NCBI GenBank assembly: GCA_964016885.1
Contig: OZ024746.1
Location: forward strand, 89,404,001-89,468,000
Length of the DNA: 64,000 nt
Direction of reading: 5' to 3'
DNA from: Eledone cirrhosa
Lineage: Eukaryota
The notes beneath the pieces are model-generated. The model did not search any database, had not been told where the DNA came from, and worked only from the letters and a program-made list of their open reading frames with translations. Shown here in pieces: positions 13,414-27,994 of this stretch (positions are counted from its first letter, which is position 1; each line of letters begins with the position of its first letter). Both the position numbers and the translations under genes were made by a program.

Positions 13414-13529
13414 CCGAGTAGAATCTCGGGTAACCACAGTAAGTAAGGTACACAATAATTATGTAGTCAGAAATATGATGTAATATAAAAATGGCTTCTT
13501 CAGGAATAGAATGGTTTCATTCATATGAA

Positions 13530-13909
13530 ATAATTGTTTCTACTTTTTGGCACAAGGCCAGCAATTACCTAGTGCATTACTGGTACTTTATTTTATCGAC
13601 TCCGTAAGGATGAAAGGCAAATTTAACCTCGTCGGGATTTGAACTCAGAATGGAAAGGGCCGTAACTCTATGCGTCAAATCATGGCGTCCGACACTCTAC
13701 CGATACTGCCAATCCACCGAAATAATTGTTTCTACTTTTGGCACAAGGCCAGCAAATACCCAGTACATTACTGGTACTTTATTTTATCGACCCCCGTATG
13801 GAGGAAAGGCATTGTTAGCCTCGGCGGGATTTGAACGCAGATCGTAAAGGGACGTAACTATGCTGGAAAGCATACTTGACCCTCTACCGATATCGCCAAT
13901 TCACCGCCC
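13530..13909 (-). mobile_element. Head-to-tail SINE dimer
   Basis: Two copies (13530-13719, 13722-13909) of the family at 3477; flanked by inverted HHR 3'-half fragments. Confidence 0.9.
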
Positions 13910-14562
13910 TTAATACAAATGAAACAGTGCTAGTCCTGCAGAATCCTTTTCTATATTTCAGTCTTGAAATATTATATAACTTCTTTCTCTTTCCTTGACA
14001 ATCTATAATTCTGCACATCTGAAAGTTATTTGCATAGAAGCAGTCACCCACAGGTGCACACACATACATACGCGCACACACGCACTCGTGTGTGTGAGTG
14101 CATCGATTTATGCATGCATGAGAATTTTTCTTTAAGCGTGTAAATATATCCCACTATAGAATACCATAAATATATTCTATTCAGATTGTTCTTAGACATT
14201 ATTAGCAGTGGCATGAATGTATCTTTCTAAAAAAATGTAATATAGAAAATATCGCTGTAGACACAAAGTAGATAAATAAACTACCATTTCCCAAACCAAT
14301 ATCAGCTGCAATTTTTCAGTTGTATCTACTCATATTTGTATACACACGTACATATGCATAGATACACGCATACCCACATAAAACAAACATACTTTCATAT
14401 ATACATGGGCGCAGACAAATGGACATAAACTTAAATGGATACAGACAACAGTGAACATGTATTTGAAAATTGCTTACGTCTCTCTCTTTCTCTCTCTCCA
14501 TATATATAAATATATGCGCATATATACAACCCCCCCCCCCAAAAAAAAAACATATGTATGTG

Positions 14563-14627
<65 letters not shown>

Positions 14628-14923
14628 GTATACACATGTATAGCTTTCGGCTGACTGCCACAGTCGGGATGGATAGCAGTAAACGATGGTACAGGCCTAG
14701 GTGGGCCATTGTTTGGCTGAGAGGGTGAACTGACTAAGCGAATTTCGTTGAAATCTGGGGTAGCTAATGGTCAGCTTCCTTCGGACATGCGCCTGCGCAG
14801 ACCGGTGGGGGTGAATTGGTACACACAGGGGAACGGATGAAGAACCCAAAAGCACACACTTCATCCGTTCCCATATCGATTCAATTTGGATTGCCTCGGA
14901 AACATAATCTTATTATGTAACAA

Positions 14924-14997
14924 GCTGTCTGATGATGTCACGACACTCGCACACAGAAGAGTGTGGCCAGTGTCGTCATTGAAATATATATCACAGC
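14924..14997 (+). ncRNA. Type I hammerhead ribozyme motif
   Basis: gctgt CTGATGA tgtcacgacact..cacac-agaaga-gtgtg..agtgtcgtcatt GAAA tatata TC acagc; canonical core and palindromic stem III. Confidence 0.85.
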
Positions 14998-15046
14998 ATT
15001 ATTATTAAAGGTCTTGAACATCTGAAACTACTTCGCTTTTCCCCAT

Positions 15047-15252
<206 letters not shown>

Positions 15253-16196
15253 TAAAATAACAGATTAAAGTTTAAGCAAAGAATCGCTGCTTTCACCCTT
15301 AACGGTTCTTATTTGATATATATTTTCCTTACCAATTCCGTCCCGCCCGTCTCCTCAATCTATTTTATTTCTCATTCTTAACCGCGAAACCGGCAAAGGA
15401 ACCAAATAAATATATATATTTAAAAAAAAAATAAGACTCCAGTTGCATTTTCGATTTCATCTCTTTTTCTTTATACTTTCACTCGTGTAGGACACCTCGG
15501 TTATTTTTCAATTTGTAAAAAGACCTCACTTTCTAATATATATATATATATATATAGTAATAATAATAAAATTGAAGACTAAAATCCAAAGAGGGCTCGA
15601 TAAGGAAAATATATATCAAATATATAAGAACGGTAATGTAATAAAATTGAAACGAAGTCATCGGAAGAACAGGTGTATCTTCGATCGTTCTGTCACTCAC
15701 TCATTCAGCAGAGTGTGCACTTGTAGATTAATAGTCAGGCATACACACAGACTCACACACACACACAGACACGCACACACACAGACACGCACATACACAC
15801 AGACACGTACCCACACAAACACGCACACACACAGACACACGCACACGCACGCATATAAATATGTATATGTATATAATTTATTGGCCTGTACCTTTAAGTT
15901 ACTTTTTGTACACCAATTTAAGCCCTCGATGCCTAAGTGGGTCCAGTTGTAGCTGATGTATTGTACATTTATTGTAACACCGTAGTTCGATTCCTTATTA
16001 AGCAGATAGTTAAGGAAATCACGATTTTAATTAAAGTCTATTCCACAGCCGGACACTATCAATATTGATTGTACCTCAACCTGATCGATTTCGAAACGTG
16101 CGTCGCACGTGAATAATGGTGATTCAATCATGGTCATTCAATTTTGATCCTTCGTTCCTACTCCTTATAATATAGCTATCTATTCGTCTGTCTCTT

Positions 16197-16229
<33 letters not shown>

Positions 16230-16676
16230 TTATGTATTCAAGTCTTGAATAATCCATGTTTTTCACATCTTCGACATCATTCTTATTTATTTTCACCGTT
16301 TATTTTATAGCGTTAGTCTGTAATTTAATTCAATATCTCTGCTATTACCACTAGGTATAATTTTCATCTTTGGCTTGTCTCTGTGTACGTTTCATGAAAT
16401 GGCGGAATTTCTTTAGACCAACAATCGTTATTCGCCTGGAATTTTGTACTGCGACATCAATCATGTTTTTACAGGACATATAATTATAGTGAAATGGGGT
16501 TGGGCGATGCAGTTATTTCCTCATCTCTCAATATTCTGATGCTTAATAATGACAGATTGATTTTTATCTGGTGTGTGTCAGACGATGGCTACAGTTAAAG
16601 CAATGTGTATTTTTGTCTATTGATTTGTCTAAAAAAAAATCTCTATCTTTTTGTTTTGATTAAATCAAGTGGACTT

Positions 16677-16773
<97 letters not shown>

Positions 16774-16843
16774 GCAAACATACATACGTATATACATATA
16801 TAAATTTATATATATTTAAACATATGTGTATATATATATATTT

Positions 16844-16913
<70 letters not shown>

Positions 16914-17061
16914 ATATGTGTATATACATATATATAAACATATGTGTATATATACACACACATATATATATAGTAATAATAATAAATTTGAAGACTAAAA
17001 TCCAAAGAGGCTCGATAAGGATAAATATATAAGAACCGTAGAGCAAATATTTTCAGTAAAT

Positions 17062-17112
17062 AGTTTCAGAAGATCCCGTTAAGTGTGAAAGAAGCGATTC
17101 TTTGCTTAAACT
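17062..17112 (+). ncRNA. Degenerate type I hammerhead motif
   Basis: agttt CAGAAGA tccc-gttaa-gtgt GAAA gaa-gcgattctt-tgc TT aaact; U4 substituted. Sister copies at 17688-17736 (+) and 15265-15310 (-, partial); each ends at (TA)n. Confidence 0.5.
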
Positions 17113-17148
17113 TTAATCTGTTATTTTAATAATATATATATATATATA

Positions 17149-17279
17149 TAACGAAGGAAATGTGGTAAGGAACTAGATGGACCATAACGCACCAAAGTAC
17201 TCAATACTTAGGGTAGTAGAGTGGGTCCAGAATTAGCCGTCGAAACGGCTTGAGCTCAGCCGTCGGGGTCCTACTCGTT

Positions 17280-17283
<4 letters not shown>
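17149..17283. mobile_element. Further rearranged copy of the 6554-7793 family end
   Basis: 17149-17225 matches 6554-6633; 17226-17283 matches the HHR 3' half and end at 7735-7793; (TA)n on both sides. Confidence 0.75.
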
Positions 17284-17327
<44 letters not shown>

Positions 17328-17754
17328 TGATAACAAAATATCGTTATATGTAATCCAGTATTGTGGATAGTTTTAGCGTGTAATTGTTCTCAACCTTCCA
17401 CATAATGACGTATTATCTTCGGTTTATCCGTTTAATGCCAGAGAACGTCTCCACGAACCACCTAATAGAATATTAGTCTACGACTTCATTTATACCATAA
17501 ATGTGGTTTTGTCTTTGCGTGTAATTGTTTTCCCCGCTCCAAATAATGACGTATTATTATTATTATTTTTTTCGTTCTTTGCCAGGAAACGTTTCCACGA
17601 AACAAAGTATCGTCTTCCTGTCTTCCTTCGGTTGCAACGTTTTTCGTAAAAATATTTACTTATGCGTTCACAGATTGGTTTATTTTAGTTTCATAAGATC
17701 TCGTTAAGAGTGAAAGCACCGATTCTTTGCTTAAACCTTAATCTGTTATATTTA

Positions 17755-17816
<62 letters not shown>

Positions 17817-17943
17817 CTTCGGGGTTATAAGAGGCTTAGCTCTGTTTCTCGACCGTTATATCGCGTGACTGTCTCCCCCTCCGCCTTTTGGGATTCTTTC
17901 TCACATCGTGTAGACGCGTTCTTGAGACTAGTAAAATGAGGTA

Positions 17944-18033
17944 TCCTCTTGATAAGTCGGCAGACCTCGCAAGGACTCTATATCTTCATGATGTATTGTT
18001 TTTGTTTATGCCACGAAACTACGTAGTCGAGGA
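17944..18033 (+). ncRNA. Type I hammerhead ribozyme motif, U3-A8 variant
   Basis: tcctc TTGATAA gtcggca...tgccac GAAA ctacgtag TC gagga; palindromic stem III and GUC site. Confidence 0.8.
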
Positions 18034-18099
18034 ATCTAGGGGCAGTTTAGGTATGATACATTTTATTACTAATTATATCTAAATGTTTCTTCTCTCTTC

Positions 18100-18136
<37 letters not shown>

Positions 18137-18165
18137 CGTTTCTGATTTTGACCCTCCCAAAGCAT

Positions 18166-18236
<71 letters not shown>

Positions 18237-18737
18237 CATATATATATGTATGTGTATGTTTAAGGAGCAGTGTATACTATCCTTACTATCTACTCCGAGG
18301 TTGCTACTCGTCTTCAACGGTAGTAATATTTACAGCAAGTATATCGAGGACATAATATCTTTCATACAAGAACAAAATAAAACATAGAAAGGTCTTGCAA
18401 AATAGAATCTATGGTGATATCAATTCAAATTGAAAGAAAAATGTATATCGATAGAAATCAAATTAATAACAATCAGCTCTTGTTCAATAGACATATGCTA
18501 AAAACCATTGAAATTAAGCAAAAATTGTCATTATAGCATATATGACATATCACAGCCAAGATAATTGAATATTCTCTTCTTGAGTGTCGTAGCACATTTA
18601 TGCACACCTTTCTAGGGCTCTTTTGTCTCCTTGTAGAGCGTCTTGCATTCTATTGCAATTAATGTACCTTTTAAGAGTGACCAACAATGTCTTTCCATTA
18701 GAAGAACACCAATTATGAACATTATTATTATTATTAC

Positions 18738-18819
<82 letters not shown>

Positions 18820-18856
18820 TAGACAATTATCAAACTTGCGTTCAAATCATTTAGTA

Positions 18857-18901
18857 GCTGACAATCGTTTCTTCCAAACTCTCGTTTGGAATCATCGGAG
18901 C
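18857..18901 (-). ncRNA. Type I hammerhead ribozyme motif (U4C)
   Basis: Minus strand: gct CCGATGA ttccaaac-GAGA-gtttggaa GAAA cgattg TC agc; (TA)n about 40 bp downstream. Confidence 0.75.
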
Positions 18902-21490
18902 ATTATCAATGTTTGTACATGTAATTAAGCTCCTATTCACCTGAAAAATAATATAGATACATATATATTGATGTTGTGAGTTTAAGTTTCGTAATTACAG
19001 GGTGGAATGGATGTGACATATATTTTACGAGAATTGTACAAATATTCAAATTCAAATTAAAAGCATAGATTAAAAGCATACATGCAACAGATAATACAAG
19101 AGAATAGTCTAATAATTAAAGAGGCATTGGGAAAGGAGCTTTGAGAAAGAAAGAATACATTAGGAATACATATGGAAGCGTGTAGAAAGTGCACATGCGT
19201 TAGTCATATATATGAGAAGGAAATAAGCAAAGTTTTTATGCATATATAAATAAATAAATACTGTATTTGAAGCAAATATGTTAATGTATTAAAATCTATG
19301 GTGGATGTAGTTTGTTCATAGTGTTTGAATTTGTGTGTCTTGAGAAAAACAAAGTTATTGTAGTCTTCCATTACACATGCTGAATTATATTTTAGTTAAT
19401 GTTTATATTGAATGTTTTAAGTTAGTTAAAGCAATGCATTGTAAATTAGTCTTATTGTATTCTTATTCATGGACTATAGTTGTTCAACAGGTAGAATCTT
19501 GCAACGGTTAATTTCTGGAAGTGAGTAAGTGGAGCTAATGCGTAAGGGGAGGTAACTAGCTAATTAAATTCACTTATTTAATTTCTTTGCTCTAATACAC
19601 ATTATAATGTGATACAAGTGAATCTCTATTACATAATGCTATATATTTATACTTGATTTTAAATATAGTGTATTTTCCTATAATACATTAAAGGTCCCTT
19701 TAGATTGTTATCTATTCATTACTGGGCAAAATATATGTTATGGTTAATTGCATAGCTGTTCATATGTCCAAATAGATATATCATTTGTGTAATAATATAC
19801 ATTATTGTTTTCAAAGTTAATCCCTTATATACAATGCTATTAAATTATATATTTAATTATAAATGTATATATACTTTATTATGATTATATGCTTGACACG
19901 CACCAGATAATTGGGTATTGTTAATTTTTGATGTTGTTTAATCCAATATCAGATGCAACATTGGATATATGATGGCACGCTAGTAATGGACGAAACGACC
20001 GTTTTATTACTGGTTTTACTAATAACAAAAATGCTATCCTTCTCCGATGAAGTTTAAGATGCATGGGCCATATACAACGTTGCTATTCATACAAGTTAAC
20101 TCCCTGCCAATATCAAGTTTGACTTTCACCTTACTGGCGTCGATAAAGTAAAATACCAGCCCGTTTTGAAGCATGATTCGGTTTCACACTATAATTTATT
20201 TGTGTGGAAATAAGCTCATTGATTTGTAGAAAACGCATGGTTAATTTCGTTATACATTTTAAAACTACGAAGGAAAAAATATTCTCGTATAGCTTGCTGA
20301 ACTCTGGTGTTTAGGTTATGCAAAGATAAAACGTGAAGGAAAAACGAGAATATTTGTGATATCACTTTCTGTTGATTCTCCATATGCTTATCCCACATAA
20401 TTTCTAATAACATGGTTTAGAACTCCAATTAAAATAGCATAAATAACAACACTATCACTATTGCATTTTATAATACAGTAATGATATCAGCTGGTCAAAC
20501 TATGCCAAGCATACACACAAATAACACCTCCATTGTCCTTATTTTCTATGAACGCCATCCAACACTTTATTCAGAGGGTACAGAATATCAGACCATCACA
20601 TGGAGGTTGACTTTAGTATTGGTATTGGTCGAGTGTATTTAGAATGAGTGTCAACAATATTGCAAGATGTTAATTGGTTTGACCTCACAGAATATTATCG
20701 AGTGAACTAATCTGCAACTCTTAACAATTATGGAACATTGTAGTTTCAATAAAATAAATGTAGATTCACAAATTAGTTTACGGTAGTGTACCTAATATTA
20801 TAGACATACACTGCCAATATCGTATTCATAAATTTAACCATTGAGATTTTGGCCTTCACATCGATATCATCAATTGTAAAGAATATGTAAGAGCTCAAAT
20901 TATCAAATGCTATAAAATACGAACAAGCTTTTCATACTTCAATAATTATATAGAGGATAAGGCTGAAACAGCAGGTACTTTCTTTATTTGTTAACTCTCA
21001 ATCGGTGATCTCCCTCATAATTGAGTATATTTCATTTTATATATACGCAGCGTATGCTATTTGTTCCCATGTTTGATTCTCTCCTTCACAAACATTCCTA
21101 AATTTCTTCCCTGGAGGTTAAGTGACTCCCGATTTAAATCCATTAATATTGAAGTAGATATTTTATAGAAGAAAATCAACTTATACGAATGTGAAGAGTT
21201 TTTAGAAGTTCATTATTGTTGATTTATTCGATTTATTCGCTGGTGTGAAAGGGTGTGTTGCTTCGAAGAAGTTATCACCCCTGATTTATCTTTCTGTCTA
21301 TTTTTATCGCGACGTTATCGTTATCGTAAATCCTAATTTATTGAATGTGTTAATGTCATAATGTTTTACCATGGAACTGCTCTACAACAGTACTTTTCTC
21401 TACTTCTACTTCCTAAATGTAATCTTGAGAATTTATTGCATTGTTCCGATAAATATTGTTATAATGGCATATATACAAACTATATGGATG

Positions 21491-21533
<43 letters not shown>

Positions 21534-22504
21534 ACATACATACATATATTCATGGTTGTTTAAAGGTTGGTATTGGTGGGATCATGCTACCATTTTAATA
21601 CAGGCAATATTTGAGATTCACTCCAGTTTATTTTTAGTAAGGATCTAATCCAGGCATAGGTTATATCAGTAACCGAGTGATTAAATGCTAATAGTTTAAA
21701 TTGTTTCGACACAAATCCTGTATCTTTTCAATGACTATTCTTGCTCCCCTTTGGCTTCTTGTTCAGATCTTGGTCCATATAGTCCATCTTGTCTATATAT
21801 CATGCGTGTCTTCTGTGCGTCTATTTTGAAGGCATCTATATATTAAGTCCCAGTATTTGGAACCAGGACGCAACCATGTGGTCTTATAGTTACATTTAAT
21901 TTGAAACATAGTATTACTAATAAATAAATTGGAACTCATATATTTGTAACAGACACATCCCATTGCTATTGCATTTACCCAAACCATGCCTGCTAAGGAG
22001 GATTCGTAGTTCAATAGCCATACCTACTTGAGGACTGAACTCACCAAGGATGGTGTGTTTGTCAACAGAAGAAAACTTCTAACAACTTCTTTCTGAGACA
22101 TGCCGAAGAAAACTTTCACTTTCTGGGTTCCGATATAGTGGGAGCGTAAATGCCAACAAGATTTGCATATCGGCCATTCGCTAAGGGAAGTCTCATATAT
22201 ATAATTCTTCTAAACACGACAAAATAGTTGCTTTCACCTCCAATGCCTCACCAGATTTTCCCTAACACTCCTATTCCCATTTAACACCCCTAGAAAAGTG
22301 TAGCATCTAGCAAGGATCATTTTACGGAACAGGCCAGCGGCTACACCTTCTACTGATGGCGCTGTTATTTCCATATCATAGCACTCTAACTCCTTCGCTC
22401 TGAGAGCAGCTCTTATTTCTGTGAGAATTGTTGATTCATTATCTAATATTGTTCGGATTTTCAACCGATATTCGTAGTTATTTATTTTATCGCAGTATAT
22501 AGTA

Positions 22505-22623
<119 letters not shown>

Positions 22624-22903
22624 TCATCACCTGGTTCATGGTTTCCACTCTTGAAAAAACTTGGCAATTACAAGTATTAGAAATCGATTATGAGCAAATC
22701 AGGACTGGAGTCCCTCTCAACATGTAGCCCAAATGATGGCGAAGCATTCCTCTCATGTCGATACAGAGACCAGGCCATGTATCTGTGTTGGATTATATCT
22801 GCCATTAACATATTATCATGATTTTTATTGCGGTCAGATGGTAAAAAGAGCAGCATCTCGCTCTGACAGTCAGAGCGACTCAGTCAAAGCATGGTAGGGA
22901 ATG

Positions 22904-22977
<74 letters not shown>

Positions 22978-23154
22978 CCACCAATTATTGGTAGGCTCCA
23001 AGCCGTATGAAGAACTCAATGTAATCCGTATGAAGATCTCGTGAAACAAAGTTTAAAATACAAAAGTTCAACGATATAATTCATTGGAAGCAGAGTCAAA
23101 ATAATACAAATAGTGAAAACAATGAAATTAAACAAAATACGGGTAATTCATAGT

Positions 23155-23302
23155 AAAACTCATTATTTTACGATCGTTTCTGGGGGGTAGTCCTTCGTAT
23201 GTTCATTCTATTAGTGATTTATGTAAAATATATTACAAATTATCAAAGTAAGAAAATATACATACGTCTTACCCACCCGACGTCTTCAGAATAATGAGTT
23301 TT
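23155..23302 (-). ncRNA. Type I hammerhead ribozyme motif with very long stem II
   Basis: Minus strand: aaaactcattatt CTGAAGA [~100 nt] GAAA cgatcg TA (a)aataatgagtttt; 13-bp stem I. Lies in a strand-skewed tract (22970-23830) ending at (TA)n. Confidence 0.8.
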
Positions 23303-24003
23303 GTTTATTGAAGAATATAAAAACATGTATGAATAAGTAACCTTTTAAGAACAAGGTTGAGATTGACCAATAGTAAAAATAGAAAGGGGTAATATAGATC
23401 ACTAAGCTGGTAGTCGTAGATGAATAAATTACAGTCAGGGGATGAGGTATCGAATGACCCTTAAGAAAAGAAAAGAAAGTTGCGAGTGTAAAGGAATTTA
23501 GACAGATTGTATAGAAAAGTCGGTCAAGGAAAATTAAAGTTTGAGGAAATGGGGTGCAGATATCAGTGTGTTATATCTAGTAGAACAGTATAGAACAATC
23601 CTAAATATTTGTTATTTCTTTGTTCAAGGGGAATAATTTGTTCTAAAAATAGAACAAGTAGAGGAATATAGATGAAACCAAAGAAAAGTAAGATTTAGAT
23701 AAAAAAAACATATAGGTAAGAAATAATAAAATGTGTGTAAGTATTGTATTGTGTTAGAGTGGTCAGAATGAAGTTTTACCTGTAGGGAATTATATTTTCG
23801 AATAAGAAATCTCATTAATAATCTGGTTTTCTTAATAGGTTTAAATGCATGTCTGTTAAAGTTTTGTCAGAGTGTTGAATAATGTAATATATAGTGCTCA
23901 TTAATAGTTACTTATTCAAAACAATTATATGGATGAGATATAGGATTGAATCTATGGATTAATTCTAATAGCACAAAAAAATAATATAAATAATATATAT
24001 AAA

Positions 24004-24068
<65 letters not shown>

Positions 24069-24594
24069 CTATGTGTGCATGATTGAACGGCATGCGACAA
24101 CGATCGGTTCAGAAGTATCTGAGCTTCGTTAATAGAAAGTGAGTGGATCCGTGAAAAAGAAAATATTAACCGAATCTGAATATTACAGGAAATAGATATT
24201 AATTTTATTTCCGAAAACGTTATATATATATTCAAGTTATTTAAATACATTCAGTATGATCATAACGAGATTTCTTTAGTATCTGAACTCTACTGGAAGT
24301 TACATTTCATTTCCGAAATATACAAAAAGAAATATTGTTGTTAATATTCAAAGAATGATGATTGCAATTTATTACTATTTTCCTTCAATATCTTGTATTT
24401 TATATTTACATATTTTCCAAATAATATCTTGATGTATATAGGTGTGAATGTATGTGTAAAAATAGAAGACCCATCAGTATATATGTATTTCGTAATATGT
24501 TACTTATGCCGTACATAAATTATTATATTATATCCGGCTATATTCAAGATATTTAAAAATGTAAATTTTGTAAGCATATATGTTTGTGAATACG

Positions 24595-24673
24595 ATGGTA
24601 TGTTTCTATATGCATATACATGTGCATATATATACGCATATATGTATGTATATATATATGTGCATATATGTAA

Positions 24674-24733
<60 letters not shown>

Positions 24734-24872
24734 TTATATATATATGGATATATGTATATATATAGACATATGTATATATGCATTTATATGCATATGTATA
24801 TATGCATATATATATATGCATATATGTATGTATATATATACATATATTCATATGTATATATGCATATATATG

Positions 24873-24905
<33 letters not shown>

Positions 24906-25125
24906 GTGTATATATATATGCATATATATACATACATATATGCATATATATATATATGCATATATACATATACATATAAATATATATATATGCTTATATA
25001 TATGTATATATGCATGCATATGCATATATATACATATGCATTTATACGTATATACATATGCATATATACGTATATACATATGCATATATACATATACATG
25101 TATAAATGTATATACATACATAAAT
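24595..25125. repeat. Long compound (TA)/(TATG)/(TGCA) low-complexity microsatellite
   Basis: Directly visible; source of the overlapping Y/I/M/C ORFs. Confidence 0.95.
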
Positions 25126-25436
25126 ATCCATGTACAATTCGGAAATTTGTTTTGCAGTTGATAAATTACTTCCCACATCTTCATTTCGAGAGTGATAACA
25201 ATATATTTCTGCAATCAGATTAGGAACATATGCAACGTAAATCTACAGAAAATCATAATAACATAATACAAAAGAATGATTGGAAATCATACTCTCCACA
25301 TCATCTAATGATTTTCTTTATATATTTATTATATATTCTCTCTCTTTCTACTGAGACTTCATTGCTATCTATCAATTTTCCTTATTACATTGGAAATATC
25401 ATTCCCGTAATACAATATCCATGTTTGTATGCATTC

Positions 25437-25494
<58 letters not shown>

Positions 25495-25642
25495 GGGTGT
25501 GTATGATTGTGTATAGAAGATTATATTAATAAAAGGAATTCCAACTTTGTGTGATTTACTCGTTTTATTTACAATCCTTTAACATTTTATAATGGTATTA
25601 GAATGAAATAGTATGGCAGACTATTAAATGTTAAGTGTTAAT

Positions 25643-25681
25643 TGAACAAGTACTTTCATGCTTTCGCAATCTTCAGGTTCA
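25643..25681 (-). ncRNA. Minimal type I hammerhead motif
   Basis: Minus strand: tgaac CTGAAGA t-tgc-GAAA-gca-t GAAA gtac TT gttca. Confidence 0.75.
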
Positions 25682-25755
25682 TATTGTGTGGTGACACTCA
25701 AGTTTGCAATTTTCAATTGTTGAAAATTGCAAACTTGAGTGTCACCACACAATTT

Positions 25756-25792
25756 GAACCTGAAGATTGCGAAAGCATGAACGTACTTGTTC
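25756..25792 (+). ncRNA. Minimal type I hammerhead motif (GAAA mutated to GAAC)
   Basis: gaac CTGAAGA ttgc-gaaa-gcat GAAC gtac TT gttc; mirror copy of 25643-25681. Confidence 0.65.
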
Positions 25793-25906
25793 CATTAACA
25801 CTTAACATTTAATATTCTACCATACTATTTCATTCTAATACCATTATAAAATGTTAAAGGATTGTAAATAAAACGAGTAAATCAGACAAAGTTGGAATTC
25901 CTTTTA

Positions 25907-25974
<68 letters not shown>

Positions 25975-26439
25975 TATATGTTTGTGTGTGTGTGTGGGGG
26001 GGGGTCAGGTCACTATTCAACGCTACTGGTGACATGTAGTCCAGTACAACCTGTGTATGGTGAAGTCGTCGGTGACTATACCGGCCACCCAACCGAGTTC
26101 GCATCGTGAGTAGGGGTATTTTGGACATCACACGGGATGAAAAACAAAATCCGTCAAAGGGCAGACGAATGCAGGAGACTCAACAACCATCCAATAATAA
26201 TTTCTTTCTTTCTTTTAGGTGAGGACGACTACTAGTCTTCATTACGACACCGCACTAGGAGATGCTCACTCTAATATAAAACCTGCGACTTCGTTTGCAT
26301 TCAGTGATGTAGACCATAGCGGATGTGTTTAACATGAGTATACATGACGTTGGTGTTGGTGTCCGGCGTTGAATGCTGGACTGATCATAGTTAGTGGAAA
26401 GTATATATTTTTTCACATAAAAGAGAGGTGAATTGCAAC

Positions 26440-26900
26440 AGTCTAAAAACATACAATGAAGCTGAATTTTATCTGTTTGAAATATCCCGAGGAGTAACTT
26501 GTTCGAATCTTGGGGCTACTTTGTGGTATTTTGATGACCTGGGAAGAAGTCGCTGATAATGTATGGAGTCAATTATCTCGCAGCAACATCTCCGATGTGT
26601 GGGGCACTAGGTTGGTATGGAGGACTTTAATTGACCCTAGCAACTCTTTTATGGTGATCTGTTGAATGACAAACGTTCACCTCATTAACGTAAGATGATG
26701 TTTAAGAATGTGTGGAAACATTTGGATAAAGATGACATCTCCTATAAGATTGGGAATAGGCTGCCAACGAGCGAACTTGGTTGATGCAAACTCTATATGA
26801 GGGGAAAGCGCACACTTTGAACCGGCCCGTGAAAAGTTTTCAAAGATGAAGAAGGGATGTAAGAAAGGGCTTGGGAGTATGGGAGCCGGAGGAGAGCTGA
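26440..26900 (+). mobile_element. RTE-clade LINE, degenerate C-terminal remnant
   Basis: Translates to QQHLRCVGH*VGMEDFN*P*QLFYGDLLNDKRS, resembling the RTE motif LRWxGHVxRMxDxRLPKQLFYGEL. Confidence 0.6.
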
Positions 26901-27138
26901 CAAGAAATAAATGCGTCAGCAAATTTGGAGTAAAATCCTACAACCTTGCTCTACACATTTAAAAGCGCTTTGGAAAATTCAAGCGACACCGTAGTAGAGG
27001 GAGTAGTAGCGGCTATCATATACACATTATATATGATATGATATATATATATATATATGATATGATATATATATATGATATATAGATATGATATATATAT
27101 ACATATGATATGATATATATGATATATATATATATATA

Positions 27139-27197
<59 letters not shown>

Positions 27198-27844
27198 AAG
27201 GTAACTTTCAATCGTACTCACTTTTTTATCTCAGTTCACTTGTTCTATTTTCTCAAATTCTTATTACCTTGACCCTTATATCTACACGCATTGTCGAGCT
27301 TCCAAATAACCAAACTTATTCCCAGGTTGTACTTCATATTCCACAATGCTTCAAGCAAACTCCAACACTTTATAGCGCTCCTAAGCACCCCAACTTGACA
27401 ATGAGTAGTTAATCCGAAAAATGTTGGGATTAATAAGATGGTAAGATAACCTTTAGTCATACTACCTTTTATTTTCCTTCTCCCACTTCCAGCTTCAACT
27501 CTCACAATTCCTTTCCGATTTATTACTTCCTAATCACACCCACTTGCATTTACGGCTTTCTAAAGACACATGTTTCTTTTCATATTCCACAATGCTTTAA
27601 GAAAACAATCACACCGTATATAACACATTCACACTCTCACACACACATACAAACACACACGGAGGAAGGAGAGAGAGAACAATATAAATAGGTGATGCAA
27701 CCCCAAATAAATTTCATATTAATTGTTAATTCAGTATTACATCTAATGAATAAAACATTAAAAATGTATCTAGTAATAAATCTCCCACTGGGAGAAAACA
27801 ATATTACTCATTTCAAGCAAGTTGTACCAATCTTCAATATACAT

Positions 27845-27895
<51 letters not shown>

Positions 27896-27923
27896 ATCAA
27901 AAGATGGTTAAAAGAGTTCCAAG

Positions 27924-27994
27924 TATATTATAATGCGCATTTCAAAAACAAATATCATCATGGGATGATATCTGCGTTCTCATCAGATAACATA
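27924..27994 (-). ncRNA. Type I hammerhead ribozyme motif (sense to the PLE ORF)
   Basis: Minus strand: tatgttat CTGATGA gaacgcagatatcatc-ccat-gatgatatttgttttt GAAA tgcgca TT ataatata. Confidence 0.85.

Larger units (their letters stand above)
25522..25914. mobile_element. Near-perfect 393-bp palindrome carrying two outward-facing HHRs
   Basis: 195-bp arms with a 3-nt loop (TTG, 25717-25719) and 6 mismatches by hand count; right end runs into (TA)n. Confidence 0.95.

Noticed and set aside
16075-16110. CTGATCGA-tttc-GAAA-cgtgcg-TC hammerhead-like string
   Set aside because: Stem I does not pair and stem II is absent.
18283-18325. Minus-strand TTGAAGA-cgag..ctcg hammerhead-like motif
   Set aside because: GAAA is missing and stems I and III are poor; at most a decayed copy.
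22234-22464. 76-aa ORF with protein-like composition
   Set aside because: No identifiable domain; may be a transposon fragment but cannot be assigned.
25522-25914. Palindromes as MITEs or assembly artefacts
   Set aside because: No DNA-transposon TIR signature or fixed TSD, and arms carry HHRs and independent substitutions. Long-read confirmation is still advisable.
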